Positions 52,072 through 62,778 of a DNA stretch of 64,000 nt are shown piece by piece. A model generated the notes under the pieces. It searched no databases. It saw only the letters and a program-made list of their open reading frames with translations, and had not been told where the DNA came from. The translations under genes were made by a program, and so were the position numbers. Positions within the stretch are counted from its first letter, which is position 1; each line of letters opens with the position of its first letter. The DNA is from Pirellulales bacterium (GTDB lineage Bacteria; Planctomycetota; Planctomycetia; Pirellulales; PALSA-1355), in NCBI GenBank assembly GCA_963733035.1, contig CAVTBU010000003.1:1-64000 (forward strand). Reading direction: 5' to 3'.

Positions 52072-53061
52072 TCAGCCGCCGCTTTGGATGCTCATTTCGG
52101 CTTCGGCCACTTCGGTCACGCGGGGCATGCGCCGCCAGCCGGCCACATATAGGATAATCGAAATGGCCAGCTCCGACACGACCATCACCAGGCGGTAAAA
52201 AATGGCTGAAACGACGGCCATGCTTTCTCCGTACATCGGCTCGATGAGCTGCGCCGAGACCCATTCGCGAACGGCCAATCCGCCCGGAATCTGCGAAAGA
52301 AACCCGGCCACGAGCGACAACGCGACGGCCGTCGTGTGCAGTGAAAGTTCGTGAAACGGCCCCTGATCGGTTGCTCCCAGTCCCCGCAAGGTCGCCCATA
52401 GGCTCATGCCCTGCAGGAGCCAGCCGAAGGCGATGGTCAGCCAGCCGACGACGAGCATGTTCCAACTAATCTTGCGGAATTTCTTGCCGGCGGTCGGATT
52501 CAGCCGCGTTACGCCCAGGGTGCGCAACAGAAACTCAAAAAAGAACGGGGCGGTCGGCGCACCCAGCAAGACGATCGACCCGGCGGCCGTGGCGATGAGC
52601 AACGTTTGATTCGGATGCCAGATCACGAGAACCAGGGCGGAAATCGCGGAGCCCACGGCCAGCATCGTGAAGGTGTCAAAAAAGACGCTCGCCGCGACGA
52701 CCGTGTGTTCGACCTTCGGATCGCGAAGCAACACGCGACGCAGCAAGATGACCATCCACTTGCCCGGCACATACTTGCCAAGTTGCGAGATGTAATAGGC
52801 CCGAATCGACTCCATTGGTCTGGCAGGCTGATCGGTGGCCAATAGGATTCGGTACCAAAAAAGGGCGAACGGGAACATTCCGGCCAGGTACAAGAGCCCG
52901 GAAACGAGCAGCCAAACCGGCTCCACGTGCCATTTGTGCTGGCTAAGTTGCTGGTTGCCAGTATGGAGCGCATGGTAGATGGCCCAACACAGCAGACCGA
53001 ACACTCCCAGCTTGAGAGCTACGACGAGCCAATGGGTCCAGCGCTTTTTCGATTCGCTCAC
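52072..53061 (-). CDS. Lysylphosphatidylglycerol synthase TM / flippase-like protein
   Basis: SQLGKYVPGK; PGGLAVRE; YRL. Confidence 0.85.
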   Translation of the reverse strand: MSESKKRWTHWLVVALKLGVFGLLCWAIYHALHTGNQQLSQHKWHVEPVWLLVSGLLYLAGMFPFALFWYRILLATDQPARPMESIRAYYISQLGKYVPGKWMVILLRRVLLRDPKVEHTVVAASVFFDTFTMLAVGSAISALVLVIWHPNQTLLIATAAGSIVLLGAPTAPFFFEFLLRTLGVTRLNPTAGKKFRKISWNMLVVGWLTIAFGWLLQGMSLWATLRGLGATDQGPFHELSLHTTAVALSLVAGFLSQIPGGLAVREWVSAQLIEPMYGESMAVVSAIFYRLVMVVSELAISIILYVAGWRRMPRVTEVAEAEMSIQSGG

Positions 53062-53266
53062 GAGGGTGCCCGTCGAGTGGTGTTGGCCGCGAAACCCATA
53101 TTCTGTCGTTGGCCTGAGAATCAAACAAGAGCGGTCGCGTAAGCCTGGAGGGATAGTAAAGGGTCGGGCAAGCTGTTGGTTGGGGACAGCTGCTTCGACT
53201 ACATCAGATGCTCCTCGGGTGATACCATGAGTTGAGCACTTGGTTTGTAAACCCGCAGGTATCGTT

Positions 53267-54346
53267 ATGAATGCGCTTTTCGTTGTCGTTGCCACCGCCG
53301 CGCTGGGCATCGAAGTGGGCTGGGAGCCGCTACCCGGTGGAGGCCACGAATATACGATTCAGATCGAGCCCCAACTGCTCGACGTGCTGGAAAAGGGGGA
53401 AGACGAAATCTACAGCGACGTGCCCGCCGGGATCGACGTTCGACGCTATCGAATTGTCGTTGGCGTGGGCAAACTGCGGCGTGAGGCCGGTCCGCTTGTG
53501 CCGGAAGCTGCACCGGCAGCGGGTGCTCATTCGCCAGCTGACAATGAGCCAACAGCCAGGTCTCCAATGGCGCAGCCACCTGTCGACCGTGGGACGGTTG
53601 TCAACCAACAAGTCCCTCCGAGTGCCGCACCTGCCGTCGAAGTGCCGCCCGCCGCTGCCAATCCGGCGGAAAGCCATGTTGCTGCCGGCCACGATCCATT
53701 TGGGACGCCTCCGAGCGATGATCGTGGCCTCGGCGAGATTCCACCGGCGACGGGGCAGCATCACGACGGGCAGCCGACGGTCGCCGGCAACGATCCCTAC
53801 GAATCGTCGGGCGTTAGCGGAGAGCCGGCTGAGAAACCTGCGGTTGACCCCGACTTTCCGCAACATCAAATGCCCGAGCTGCCGTCGGCCAGCGAATCGC
53901 CTGCGACCGAGCCGCCTCCGGCCGGACATCCAGCGACCGACAAGCCCCCGGCGGTTGACCCTTGGGCCAAGCGTCAAGACGCGCCGTCTCCGAGCGATGC
54001 GCAGACACCGCCGCTGGCCAACGTTGATCGCAAGGACGCACCAACCGCCGAACAGCCGCCCGGCAAGCTTCCGGCCGATAGCGCCGTGGCGGGGCACATC
54101 AAGCAAACCACGTTTGGCGATGCGAAGGTTTCGTCGTCGGAGGCTGAACCTCGCGACGCGGCCAAGCCGGCCTTGGACGGTGAGCCGCCTGGTAAGGGGC
54201 CAACCGAGGCGTGGCTGCCGCTGTTTATCGCCATCGTGCTGCTGGCTTGTTCGCTGGGTGGCAATGTATACCTAGGCTGGGTGGCTGTCGATGCGCGCGC
54301 CCGATACCGCAACGTGGTTGCGAAGTTTCGCGGCGCCGCGGCGTAG
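53267..54346 (+). CDS. Hypothetical Pro-rich protein with signal peptide and C-terminal TM
   Basis: GIEVGWEP...EYTIQIEP N-terminal domain; long P/A/D linker; TM ending GGNVYLGW. Confidence 0.75.
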   Translation: MNALFVVVATAALGIEVGWEPLPGGGHEYTIQIEPQLLDVLEKGEDEIYSDVPAGIDVRRYRIVVGVGKLRREAGPLVPEAAPAAGAHSPADNEPTARSPMAQPPVDRGTVVNQQVPPSAAPAVEVPPAAANPAESHVAAGHDPFGTPPSDDRGLGEIPPATGQHHDGQPTVAGNDPYESSGVSGEPAEKPAVDPDFPQHQMPELPSASESPATEPPPAGHPATDKPPAVDPWAKRQDAPSPSDAQTPPLANVDRKDAPTAEQPPGKLPADSAVAGHIKQTTFGDAKVSSSEAEPRDAAKPALDGEPPGKGPTEAWLPLFIAIVLLACSLGGNVYLGWVAVDARARYRNVVAKFRGAAA

Positions 54347-54382
54347 GACGCAGCGGACCTGTCGGTTGCAGCGAAGGCGAGC

Positions 54383-56175
54383 TTAGAATTCCAGTGCGCG
54401 AAAGGCCTTCAGCCCGAGCCGCATGGGAACGACCGTGGCCACGGCGCCGGTCAGGCAGGCGGCCACGATGCCACCGATCAGCCAGTATTGGATGCGGAGC
54501 GCGTCGGCGTCGGTCTGACGAACCGCCAAATAGAAATGGGTCGGCAGCGCGGTGAGCATCACGATGACGATGATGTAGATCGCGCTGATCACCAGATTGA
54601 GCGTGCCGCCGAAGCCGGCGGCGATTTTTGACGGCGACTCCTCGCGCAAATCCGGCATCTTGGCCCCCAGTCCCACCGCTATTCCGGATAGCCCAAGGCA
54701 AAGCAACAGGCAGGTCAGCTGGTGGATTGCCAGCACCAGTGGCGCCACTCGCAGCATGTAATCGCTCAGCAGGATCAACACGCAACTGGGAATCGTGGAC
54801 CCGGCGGCCGCGAACAGAAACTTTCCCCACAGCACCGATTCTCGCCGCACCGGCAACATACTGAGGATCCAAAACCGCCGTCCCTCGAGGCTCAGCATCG
54901 GAAAGATGAATCGCGTCGTGAAGGTCGACAGAATCAGCCCCACGACGGCAAGATTCAAGAAGCTGATCATGTTGACCCAGGCCGTGTAGTTCACGTCATA
55001 GCTGAACCGCCGAATATTGGCGAAATACAACGCCAACAGACCAAAGAAGATCAGGAATTGCGACCACTGGACCGGGTCGCGGCGAAACAGCCGCAGATCC
55101 TTGACGATCAACAGCCGCATCTGCGGGGTCAACAGCGGCGTCGCCCGCATCACCAGCCGGTCCAGCCAGAAGTCGCGGCGTGGGCGCCGCCGGGCATGGT
55201 CGGTGCGTAGTTCGCTGTAGCTCGAGCGATAGATCCGACTGGCGAGCCAAACGGCCAGCACGCGCAGAAACAGCGCGTTGGAAATCAAGAGCGACAGAAA
55301 CAACAGGCTTTCGGCCCAGGGTGCGCTTCCCAGCCGGCCAGCGTCGTTGCGCGACGCTTCCAATAGCCCCGAACTTAGCCACCAGCTAGGCAGCAGTCGG
55401 TGCTCGCTGAATTGCAGTCGGCCGAGCATCTCCTGAAACCAGTTGGCGGTGAGCAGATTTCCTTCCGTCTTGGCGAACAGCGACCAGCCGACGGCCAGTA
55501 TGCCGAATATTGTCAGGCCGCCAACCAGCCACAGCGCCTGCCGTCGAATGCCAGCCAAATGGTGCACGAAGAGCATGCATAGAATCGCGCCGATGCCGCC
55601 CGGGATGTAGACAAAAGCGGCCATGAAGGGTAGCAACAGCACGAAGTAATACCAGGGCGCGTCGACTTGCAGTCCGTAGGCCACGAGCATGGGACTTCCG
55701 AGCAGCAGAAAACCCCAACTGCTAAACACAATGGCCTCTTGAAACTTATGCAGCACGATTCGCTCGGGCGCACCGGAGTTGTCAGCAAGAACTCGGCTTC
55801 GGAGGAGCAATACAGCCCGCCATAGAAAATGATGGCCGAAGACAGTACGAGCATCACCAATAGCGAGGCGAAGAACACGTTGTAAATCGCCTGCACGGTC
55901 TCGGCCCGCGTGACGGGGTGGTCGATCGTCATGTCGAGAAACTGGAAGCCGCCACCAAACAATCGAAACAACCCGTACCAAAAAAGGAGACTCAACAACA
56001 CGACCAGGGAAACCCGCAAACGAGCTGTGCTCAGCGCTTGCCGAAGCATGGTCCGAATCATTTGAGCGCGGATACGCCACAGCAGCTGTGCTTCGGCTTG
56101 GGGCGAAAGCGGCGGTTTCAGCGGCGTGGCGGGATCCACGGCTACCTGGCCGAGCTGTCCGGCAAGGGAACTCAT
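54383..56175 (-). CDS. ABC exporter permease; frameshift ~55770
   Basis: Multi-TM; KDLRLFRRDP; SLEGRRFW; adjacent to an ABC ATPase. Confidence 0.85.
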
Positions 56176-56957
56176 TGCGGGTGTCCCTCCGGCAGGGACT
56201 GGGAAGACGGGTCCACCGGGGCGGCGGCAGCTCCTTCGAGCGACGTGAAGCTGAGGTACAGGTGTTCGAGTGAAGTTTCGTGCGTGGCCAGTTGTTTTCG
56301 CAACTGATCAATCGTACCGAGAAACCGCAGCTCCCCCTGGTCGACAATTCCCACGCGATCGGCAATTTCCTCGGCGATCGACAACAGATGCGTGGACATG
56401 AAGATCGTCTGGCCGCCGCGGGCCTTTGCCCTGAGCAAATCCTTGATGATCCGCACGCTGCGCGGATCGAGTCCGACCATGGGTTCGTCGATGACCAAGA
56501 CCTTCGGATCGTGCAGCATCGCGGCGGCAAACGCGACCCGCTGTTTCATTCCATGGGAGTAGCTTTCGGTGAGATCATCGACAAAATCCCGCAGCTGAAA
56601 GACGTCGATTTGTTCGGCGATGCGCCGGTCGGCTACCTCTCGCTCCATTCCGTACATGTCGGCAATGAATCTCAGAAATTCGGCGCCGGAAAGCTTGTCG
56701 TACAGATACGGTACGTCGGGGACGTATCCCAACAGTCGATTCGCCGCGTGCTGGCTGTCACTGACGTCGTGTCCGCACAGACGAATCGAGCCCGAACTTG
56801 GATGCAGCAGCCCCACCATCATCTTGATGGTGGTGGTTTTGCCGGCCCCGTTGGGCCCCAGAAACGCGAACAACTCTCCGCGTGGGATGTGCAGGTTCAA
56901 GCGGTTGACGGCCAACTTCGCGCCGTATCGCCGCGTCACGTTTTCGAAATCAATCAT
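56172..56957 (-). CDS. ABC transporter ATP-binding protein
   Basis: GPNGAGKTT, YSHGMKQ, IDEP. Confidence 0.93.
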   Translation of the reverse strand: MIDFENVTRRYGAKLAVNRLNLHIPRGELFAFLGPNGAGKTTTIKMMVGLLHPSSGSIRLCGHDVSDSQHAANRLLGYVPDVPYLYDKLSGAEFLRFIADMYGMEREVADRRIAEQIDVFQLRDFVDDLTESYSHGMKQRVAFAAAMLHDPKVLVIDEPMVGLDPRSVRIIKDLLRAKARGGQTIFMSTHLLSIAEEIADRVGIVDQGELRFLGTIDQLRKQLATHETSLEHLYLSFTSLEGAAAAPVDPSSQSLPEGHPQ

Positions 56958-57040
56958 GCCGACGACGAACGCTCCAGCGCGTGGTTCCGGGCAAGCCCCG
57001 CGCCGACCGGACATGCCGCGCGCGAATCGACTTGATGTTC

Positions 57041-58030
57041 CTAAGATGGTTCGGCCATCAATTCCTCGAGTTGCGCGGCCTGTTCGAGCAGCAGTCGGTC
57101 GAGCAGTTCCTGGCCCAGACCGGGCGGCAGCCGCGTGCGCCAGTTGTCTGGCAGGGCTTCCCAAACCTGGCGCGCCTGTTCGTCAGAAAGTCGCTCGAAC
57201 TGGATCGGTGACTTGAATGCGTTGACCTCCTGCCGCAACACGAGTCCGTCGTCGCGAACCCACATCCGCCCGCGGACTTCATCGCTGCTGCGGCCGGCCC
57301 CGGCGTCGCCGCGATAGACGACGACTCGGGCCTGAACGATTTCGTGATTCCACCGGAGCGGGTCTTCGCGTTCAACCGAGGCTTGCAGAATATCCATGGG
57401 ACTGTGCGGAGAACGGAAGGGGGAATAGAGCGGCACGGTCCAAGTTTGCCCAACGCGGAGATTGGGAAGCCGCGACTGCGGGGAGAGTTCATCGTTCATT
57501 GGCGAGTTGGGCGTCAGCGGCTGATAGATGGTGCCGCCGATGTCGCCCGACTTGACCGTTAACTTGAGCTTGGAGTCTTCTACCTGCCCCTGCACGCGAA
57601 TGGCATCGGGGATGTCGGCCAGCCCGACGCGCGACTCGAACTCCGAGAGCCGCCCCAGCGGATCGATGACGAACCAACTCTGCTTGTCGACGTCGAGTAG
57701 TTTCAGATTCGGGAAGACCGGCTTGAGCACGCTGGTCAACCAGCCGGGAGCAAGTTCATCGAGCGGCAACTGCGACAGATAAACGCGGTTGTAGAGTTCG
57801 CTGATGCCTTCGGGGCGGTGGACGAGTTTCGTTGCTGCCCAGCCAACGGTCCGGCTCTGCATGCGAATGGTCCAGCACGTGGGCGGTCCGTCGTCGCTGT
57901 CCTCAAGGATCGTGGCGTAGCTCGGAGGCTCTCCGACCCGCAGCGGCGGAACAATCTTCGCCACCACCAACCAACTCATGGTGGCCAGCCAGAACAGGAC
58001 TACGATCAGATTGAAAGCCGGGTTCCCCAT
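57041..58030 (-). CDS. Hypothetical N-anchored protein in the ABC operon
   Basis: 329-aa ORF with N-terminal TM, co-oriented with the ABC genes. Confidence 0.75.
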   Translation of the reverse strand: MGNPAFNLIVVLFWLATMSWLVVAKIVPPLRVGEPPSYATILEDSDDGPPTCWTIRMQSRTVGWAATKLVHRPEGISELYNRVYLSQLPLDELAPGWLTSVLKPVFPNLKLLDVDKQSWFVIDPLGRLSEFESRVGLADIPDAIRVQGQVEDSKLKLTVKSGDIGGTIYQPLTPNSPMNDELSPQSRLPNLRVGQTWTVPLYSPFRSPHSPMDILQASVEREDPLRWNHEIVQARVVVYRGDAGAGRSSDEVRGRMWVRDDGLVLRQEVNAFKSPIQFERLSDEQARQVWEALPDNWRTRLPPGLGQELLDRLLLEQAAQLEELMAEPS

Positions 58031-58430
58031 GCGCTGGCGACAACGAAAAACGGGAACGGAAATTCACAAAACACTTGATCCAGTTTAATTCATTTGCAGC
58101 ATCCTCGCGAGGCACTAGAGCTGGCAGTTCCGGCAAGCTGGGACGTCTGATATCCAACATACATGTTTCCCAAGTACCACGTTTTAGCGACCGGCTGGCG
58201 AACCTGGACAAATTGGCAAGTGTCTGAGGGTAAATTGAAAGGCGAGAGGAGTTTCGTGCCGTGACGGATGACGGTGACGAGCGCATTGAGAAAACCGTTT
58301 GGATTGTGATTTCTTTCACGAATTCCGCGGGGATTACACGCAAGTAATGTCGCTTATGATTGCTGAAAATCACACGATGGCGTACGATGATGGGACTTCG
58401 CAGTGCGGGCAAGGTAACGGAGGTACCCCG

Positions 58431-58655
58431 ATGTCGCGATCGACTTATTTCGTTCAGGAATGTCCGACTTGCGGCCGTAGCTTGCAGATTTGCGTCGAAC
58501 ATCTCGGCCGACAAGTCGTCTGCCAACATTGCCACGGACGATTTGAAGCGAGCCAAGGAATGCGGACGCCCCGTGGAACCGCCGCGGATCTTCTCCGGCG
58601 CGCCGACGAGCTCTTGGCGTCGTCGATGAATCAGCGACAGCCGCCCGCTGCCTAG
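58431..58655 (+). CDS. Small Zn-ribbon protein
   Basis: GGAGG RBS; CPTCGR...CQHC. Confidence 0.75.
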   Translation: MSRSTYFVQECPTCGRSLQICVEHLGRQVVCQHCHGRFEASQGMRTPRGTAADLLRRADELLASSMNQRQPPAA

Positions 58656-58753
58656 TGAAGCGTCAGCTGCCAAGCGAAGATTGAGGACGACGCTGTGCGC
58701 CTCGAGCTCGTCTGCAACCCTGCAATTGTCCACGCCAGCGGGTGAATTTCTGT

Positions 58754-60041
58754 CTAGCGGCGAAGTTGCTCAAGGTCTTTCCAAAAGCCGGGGTACGTTT
58801 TGGCGGTGCATTGTGGGTCGTTGATGATGACACCGGGGATCGCCAAACCCGGCAAGGCAAGGCTCATGGCCATGCGGTGGTCGTCGTAGGTGTCGATCGT
58901 GGCGCCGTGCAAGTCATTTGGCGAAATCCGCAGTCCGTCGGCACGCTCTTCGACGGTCGCTCCGAACTTGCGCAGCTCCGTTGCCAGGGCTCCTATGCGA
59001 TCGGTTTCCTTGTGGCGGATGTGGCCGACGTTGCGGATGTTGGTTGCGCCCTGGGCAAAGAGGGCTACGGCCCCCAGGGTTTGCACGGTGTCGCTGATGG
59101 CATTCATGTCGACGTCGACTCCCCGCAGCGGCCCGCCCTCGACGGCCGTTCCGCCCTGCTCCTCGCGGACGCGGCACCCCATCTGGGCAAGCACGTCACA
59201 AAATGCCACGTCGCCCTGCAGGCTGTGCCGGCCGAGACCCTCGACGCGGACGCGCCCAGCGGTAATTGCCGCCGCCGCCCAAAAGTAACTAGCGGCCGAG
59301 GCGTCCGGTTCAATCTCGTAGCGGGCCGCCTGATATCCCTTTGGCGCAATCTGAAAATGCTTCCAGTCCGCGGTCACTTTCAGCTCGGCGCCGAACGAGC
59401 GCATGACGGCAACGGTCATTGCGACATACGGCACCGACACCAGTTCGCCGACAATTTCGATTTCAAACGGATTGCCGGCCTCCGCCGCCGCACAAGGTGC
59501 GGCCAGCAGCACGGCGCTTAGAAACTGGCTGGAGACGTCGCCACGAATCGACGTCTTTCGAGCGGGTAGCCCGTTCGCATGCACGACGACCGGCGGGCAG
59601 CCGGTGGCCGCTTCGCTCTCGGCGCGGACGCCGAGGCCGCCGAGCGCGTCGAGCAGGTCTTGAATGGGTCGCTCGTGCATTCGCGGCGTACCATGCAAGC
59701 GATACGTGCCATGGCCCAGCGCCACCAGGGCTGTCAGAAATCGTACCGTCGTGCCGCTGTTGGCGATGTATAAGTCGGCGCTCGCTACGGGTAGGCTGCC
59801 ATTGCAGCCATCGAGCTCGGCCGTGTGACGCTCGTGATCGACACGCACTGGCAGGCCGAGACGGACAAGCGCGTCGAGCATAACGCGGGTGTCTTCACTA
59901 TCGAGCACGCTGGTGAGACGGCTCGTGCCTTGAGCCAATGCCGCGCAAACCACGCGCACGGTTCGTCAGGCTTTTCGAACCGGGTGGTCGCACATTTGCG
60001 TTGGGCGGCGCGGCTAGGGGTTCGATTTCGATGCTCGACAT
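58754..60041 (-). CDS. aroA: 3-phosphoshikimate 1-carboxyvinyltransferase; frameshift ~59957
   Basis: PGSKSLTNR, NSGTTVRF, SSQF, KETDR, DDHRMAM. Confidence 0.95.
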
Positions 60042-60068
60042 GGAACAGTGCGAGGGACCAAGGAGAGT

Positions 60069-61316
60069 CTAGGGGGCGGCGATCTTCCAGAGGTGGCCGT
60101 CGCTGCGGATATAGAGCGCGCCACCGGCGAGCGCGGGTGAGCTTTGGATCTCACCGTTGAATTGTCCGGTTCCGATCAATTTGCCTTGCTCGCCGTCATC
60201 GGCAATCTCGACAACCTGTCCCAGACCCTTCTTGCTGACGGCATATAATCGGTTGCCGGCCAGCACCGGAGTGCCCCAGAACTCACCATCCAGCCGTGTG
60301 CGCCAGAGAACTTTGCCATCGTCGGCGCTTGCGCAAGTGAGCACGCCGGCGCGGTTGATGGCAAGTAGCCGCCCGTCGCCAACCACGACGCTGGCCGCCC
60401 CTGGTTGTAGATTCTGCGAGTTCCAGAGGATTTCGGGCTCGGCCCCGGAGCCGGGCTTGAGGGCCGTCACACCCTTGGAGGCAACATAGATCGTTTGGTC
60501 GGCAACCGTGGGTGACGAAATCGCATCGCAAGCGACTTCATAGGCCCACGCTTGCTGGCCGGTATCAACGCGGTGCGCGGTGAGGTGCTTGGGTGACTGC
60601 AGCAAGACGAGCGTGTCTTTGGGTTTTGAGCCGCGGAGTAAGACCGGGGACGACCAACTGGCGTCCTTGGGGCGCGGAATCTTCCAGCGCGGTTCGCCGG
60701 TCAGCTTGTCGACGGCTGTGGCGAACGAGTCGCCTTGACATTCCACTTGCGCGATCACGACGTCGTCGGCAACCACGGGAGAACTCGACATGCCCACGTC
60801 GTTGCCGGCAGCCGGATAGTCGTGAGCCAGTCCGCGAAACCACTTCAGATTGCCATCCAAGTCAAGACAAGCCAGATCGTTGGATGAAAAGAACGCGAAG
60901 ATCAGGTTGCCATCGCTGGCCGGAGTCGGCGCCGCGTTGGCGCTGCTGGGGTGGGTCAACGTGCGACCGGTAGCCCAAAACTGGCGCTCCCAAAGTTGAC
61001 TTCCGTCGGCGGCATCGAAACAAAGCACGTGCAATCGATCCTGATTGACGCCGCTTGATGCCGTGACGAATACCCGCGATCCGACCACGATCGGGCTCGA
61101 CGGGCCGCGCCCTGGCAACTTCACTTTCCAGGCCACGTTCTGGCCATCGGAGTCCGACCACTGGGCCGGAGGTTGCGCCGAATCGCTCACGCTGCGGCTG
61201 TCCGGCCCCCGAAACTGCGGCCAATCGGCGGCCCGGGCTGCCAGGACGAACACTCCCGCGACGGCCGCGGTCGCAAACGCTAGCTTCCAGGTCGCGAATC
61301 TTGGCTGGTGGATCAT
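60069..61316 (-). CDS. PQQ-binding-like beta-propeller protein
   Basis: Signal peptide; DWPQFRGP; SSP repeats. Confidence 0.88.
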   Translation of the reverse strand: MIHQPRFATWKLAFATAAVAGVFVLAARAADWPQFRGPDSRSVSDSAQPPAQWSDSDGQNVAWKVKLPGRGPSSPIVVGSRVFVTASSGVNQDRLHVLCFDAADGSQLWERQFWATGRTLTHPSSANAAPTPASDGNLIFAFFSSNDLACLDLDGNLKWFRGLAHDYPAAGNDVGMSSSPVVADDVVIAQVECQGDSFATAVDKLTGEPRWKIPRPKDASWSSPVLLRGSKPKDTLVLLQSPKHLTAHRVDTGQQAWAYEVACDAISSPTVADQTIYVASKGVTALKPGSGAEPEILWNSQNLQPGAASVVVGDGRLLAINRAGVLTCASADDGKVLWRTRLDGEFWGTPVLAGNRLYAVSKKGLGQVVEIADDGEQGKLIGTGQFNGEIQSSPALAGGALYIRSDGHLWKIAAP

Positions 61317-61346
61317 CTCGCAAGGTCTCCCTGGTGGGCGAGGAAA

Positions 61347-62534
61347 TTAGCGGGTGGCGCTATCGGTTTCGAGTTTTTTCGGATTCGGGTCGCTGGGGGG
61401 ACGATTCGTGGCCAGTACGGCCTTGCCCGTCGGGTCGCAGACGCGGAGTTGAAAAGCCCAATTCTGCGCCCAGTCGACGGTTTGCTCGTCTTGGCAGACC
61501 TTAAGCAGGATGACGTTGCGTCCCTTCTGCAATTCGCCGTGGCCCGTGTATTGATCGATCGCTGAGTTGGCGTGATATTTTTCCGCCTCGAAGAGCAAGT
61601 GGCCGTTGAGCCAGATCTTGCAGGCGTTTTCCGACCCCAGGCGCAATTCGATGGGCTGCTGTCGATCGCTCTCGAAATCCGCCACGGCATAGCCGACGGC
61701 GCCCATGTGTTTGCCGATGGCCTTATTGAGGTCGACCGAACCATAGGGATCGTCGGTGTGGTGCGAAAACCACTTCAACGGACCAGCGGGAGATTCGTAG
61801 GTTGCCTGAAGGTCAATTTTTTCCTCCGGAGGATAAACCGCGTTGAAGCCTTTGCCTCCGCGGTTGTCGAATGGGCCGACGAGTTTCCAGTCGACCAGGA
61901 AGCCGTAGTGGTGGGCCAGATCGACGGGCTTGCCCAGTTTTTCCAACGCCTCGGTGATCGTTTTGATCTGGTCCAGGTCGCGGGCCGCATCGAGGGCCTC
62001 ACGATATTTCTCGATCGCGATCTCGGGTTTTCCGTCGCGGTCAGATTGTTCCGCACTGGTGAGCAGCCTCGCCACGGCGTCGCGGCGCATCTCCAGGCTC
62101 GGATCGTCGAGCATGTCAGGGATCAGACGCTCGGGCGCCGTTTCGTCGACGCGAGCAATCCATTCATAAGCCAGGCGGCGTGCGCGCGGGTTGTGTCCGG
62201 TGTGCGACAGGAATTTCTCCAGTCGATCGACCGGGAGTTTGCCGGTCCGCTGAACGTTCTTTTCCGCGATCGAATCGACCGCGGCTCGGAGCCAATTTTC
62301 CGCTAGCGGGCCGGCACCATCCATGCCGGCCAGAATGGTGGTCAGGTCGTCGGCGTCGGCTCGCGAAGTGAGTTCGGCCCAGGCATAACTTGCTTCGCGG
62401 TGTCCGTGCCCTTCGGGCTGCACGTTGCGGAGCGCTTTCAGCAAGGGAGCGAATTCAGGCGATTGGCCTGGCGCCGGAGCCAACCAGGACGAGATAAATA
62501 GCAACAGGATCGAGGCGCGTAGCACAAGTCGCAT
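61347..62534 (-). CDS. Exported hypothetical protein (HEAT-like helices plus a beta domain)
   Basis: Signal peptide; DDPSLEMRRDAV; WKLVGPFDN...KIWLNG. Confidence 0.75.
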   Translation of the reverse strand: MRLVLRASILLLFISSWLAPAPGQSPEFAPLLKALRNVQPEGHGHREASYAWAELTSRADADDLTTILAGMDGAGPLAENWLRAAVDSIAEKNVQRTGKLPVDRLEKFLSHTGHNPRARRLAYEWIARVDETAPERLIPDMLDDPSLEMRRDAVARLLTSAEQSDRDGKPEIAIEKYREALDAARDLDQIKTITEALEKLGKPVDLAHHYGFLVDWKLVGPFDNRGGKGFNAVYPPEEKIDLQATYESPAGPLKWFSHHTDDPYGSVDLNKAIGKHMGAVGYAVADFESDRQQPIELRLGSENACKIWLNGHLLFEAEKYHANSAIDQYTGHGELQKGRNVILLKVCQDEQTVDWAQNWAFQLRVCDPTGKAVLATNRPPSDPNPKKLETDSATR

Positions 62535-62778
62535 GCAAGAGTCTCGGCGGGGTACACGGCGGCGGTGGCGATATCGGCGACATTGTACCGGATGGCTCGG
62601 CACTTGGGAACGCGGCGCCGGGGGCACTAGAGATGCGTCGTTGGTCGGCGTCGCAAGCGGTTTCGTCATTGTGCAATGCGGTTTGCCGCGACGGGCTGGC
62701 CCACCGCGCCAGCGTAGTGTGTTTCGCCGCGCGGGACTACAATAGAGACCGAACGCGGAAAAATGACCGGGAGACGCC

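Noticed and set aside
35643..60041. Pseudogenisation of tyrA, hflX, aroA and others
   Set aside because: Each has a single indel with all motifs intact; sequencing error is more parsimonious.
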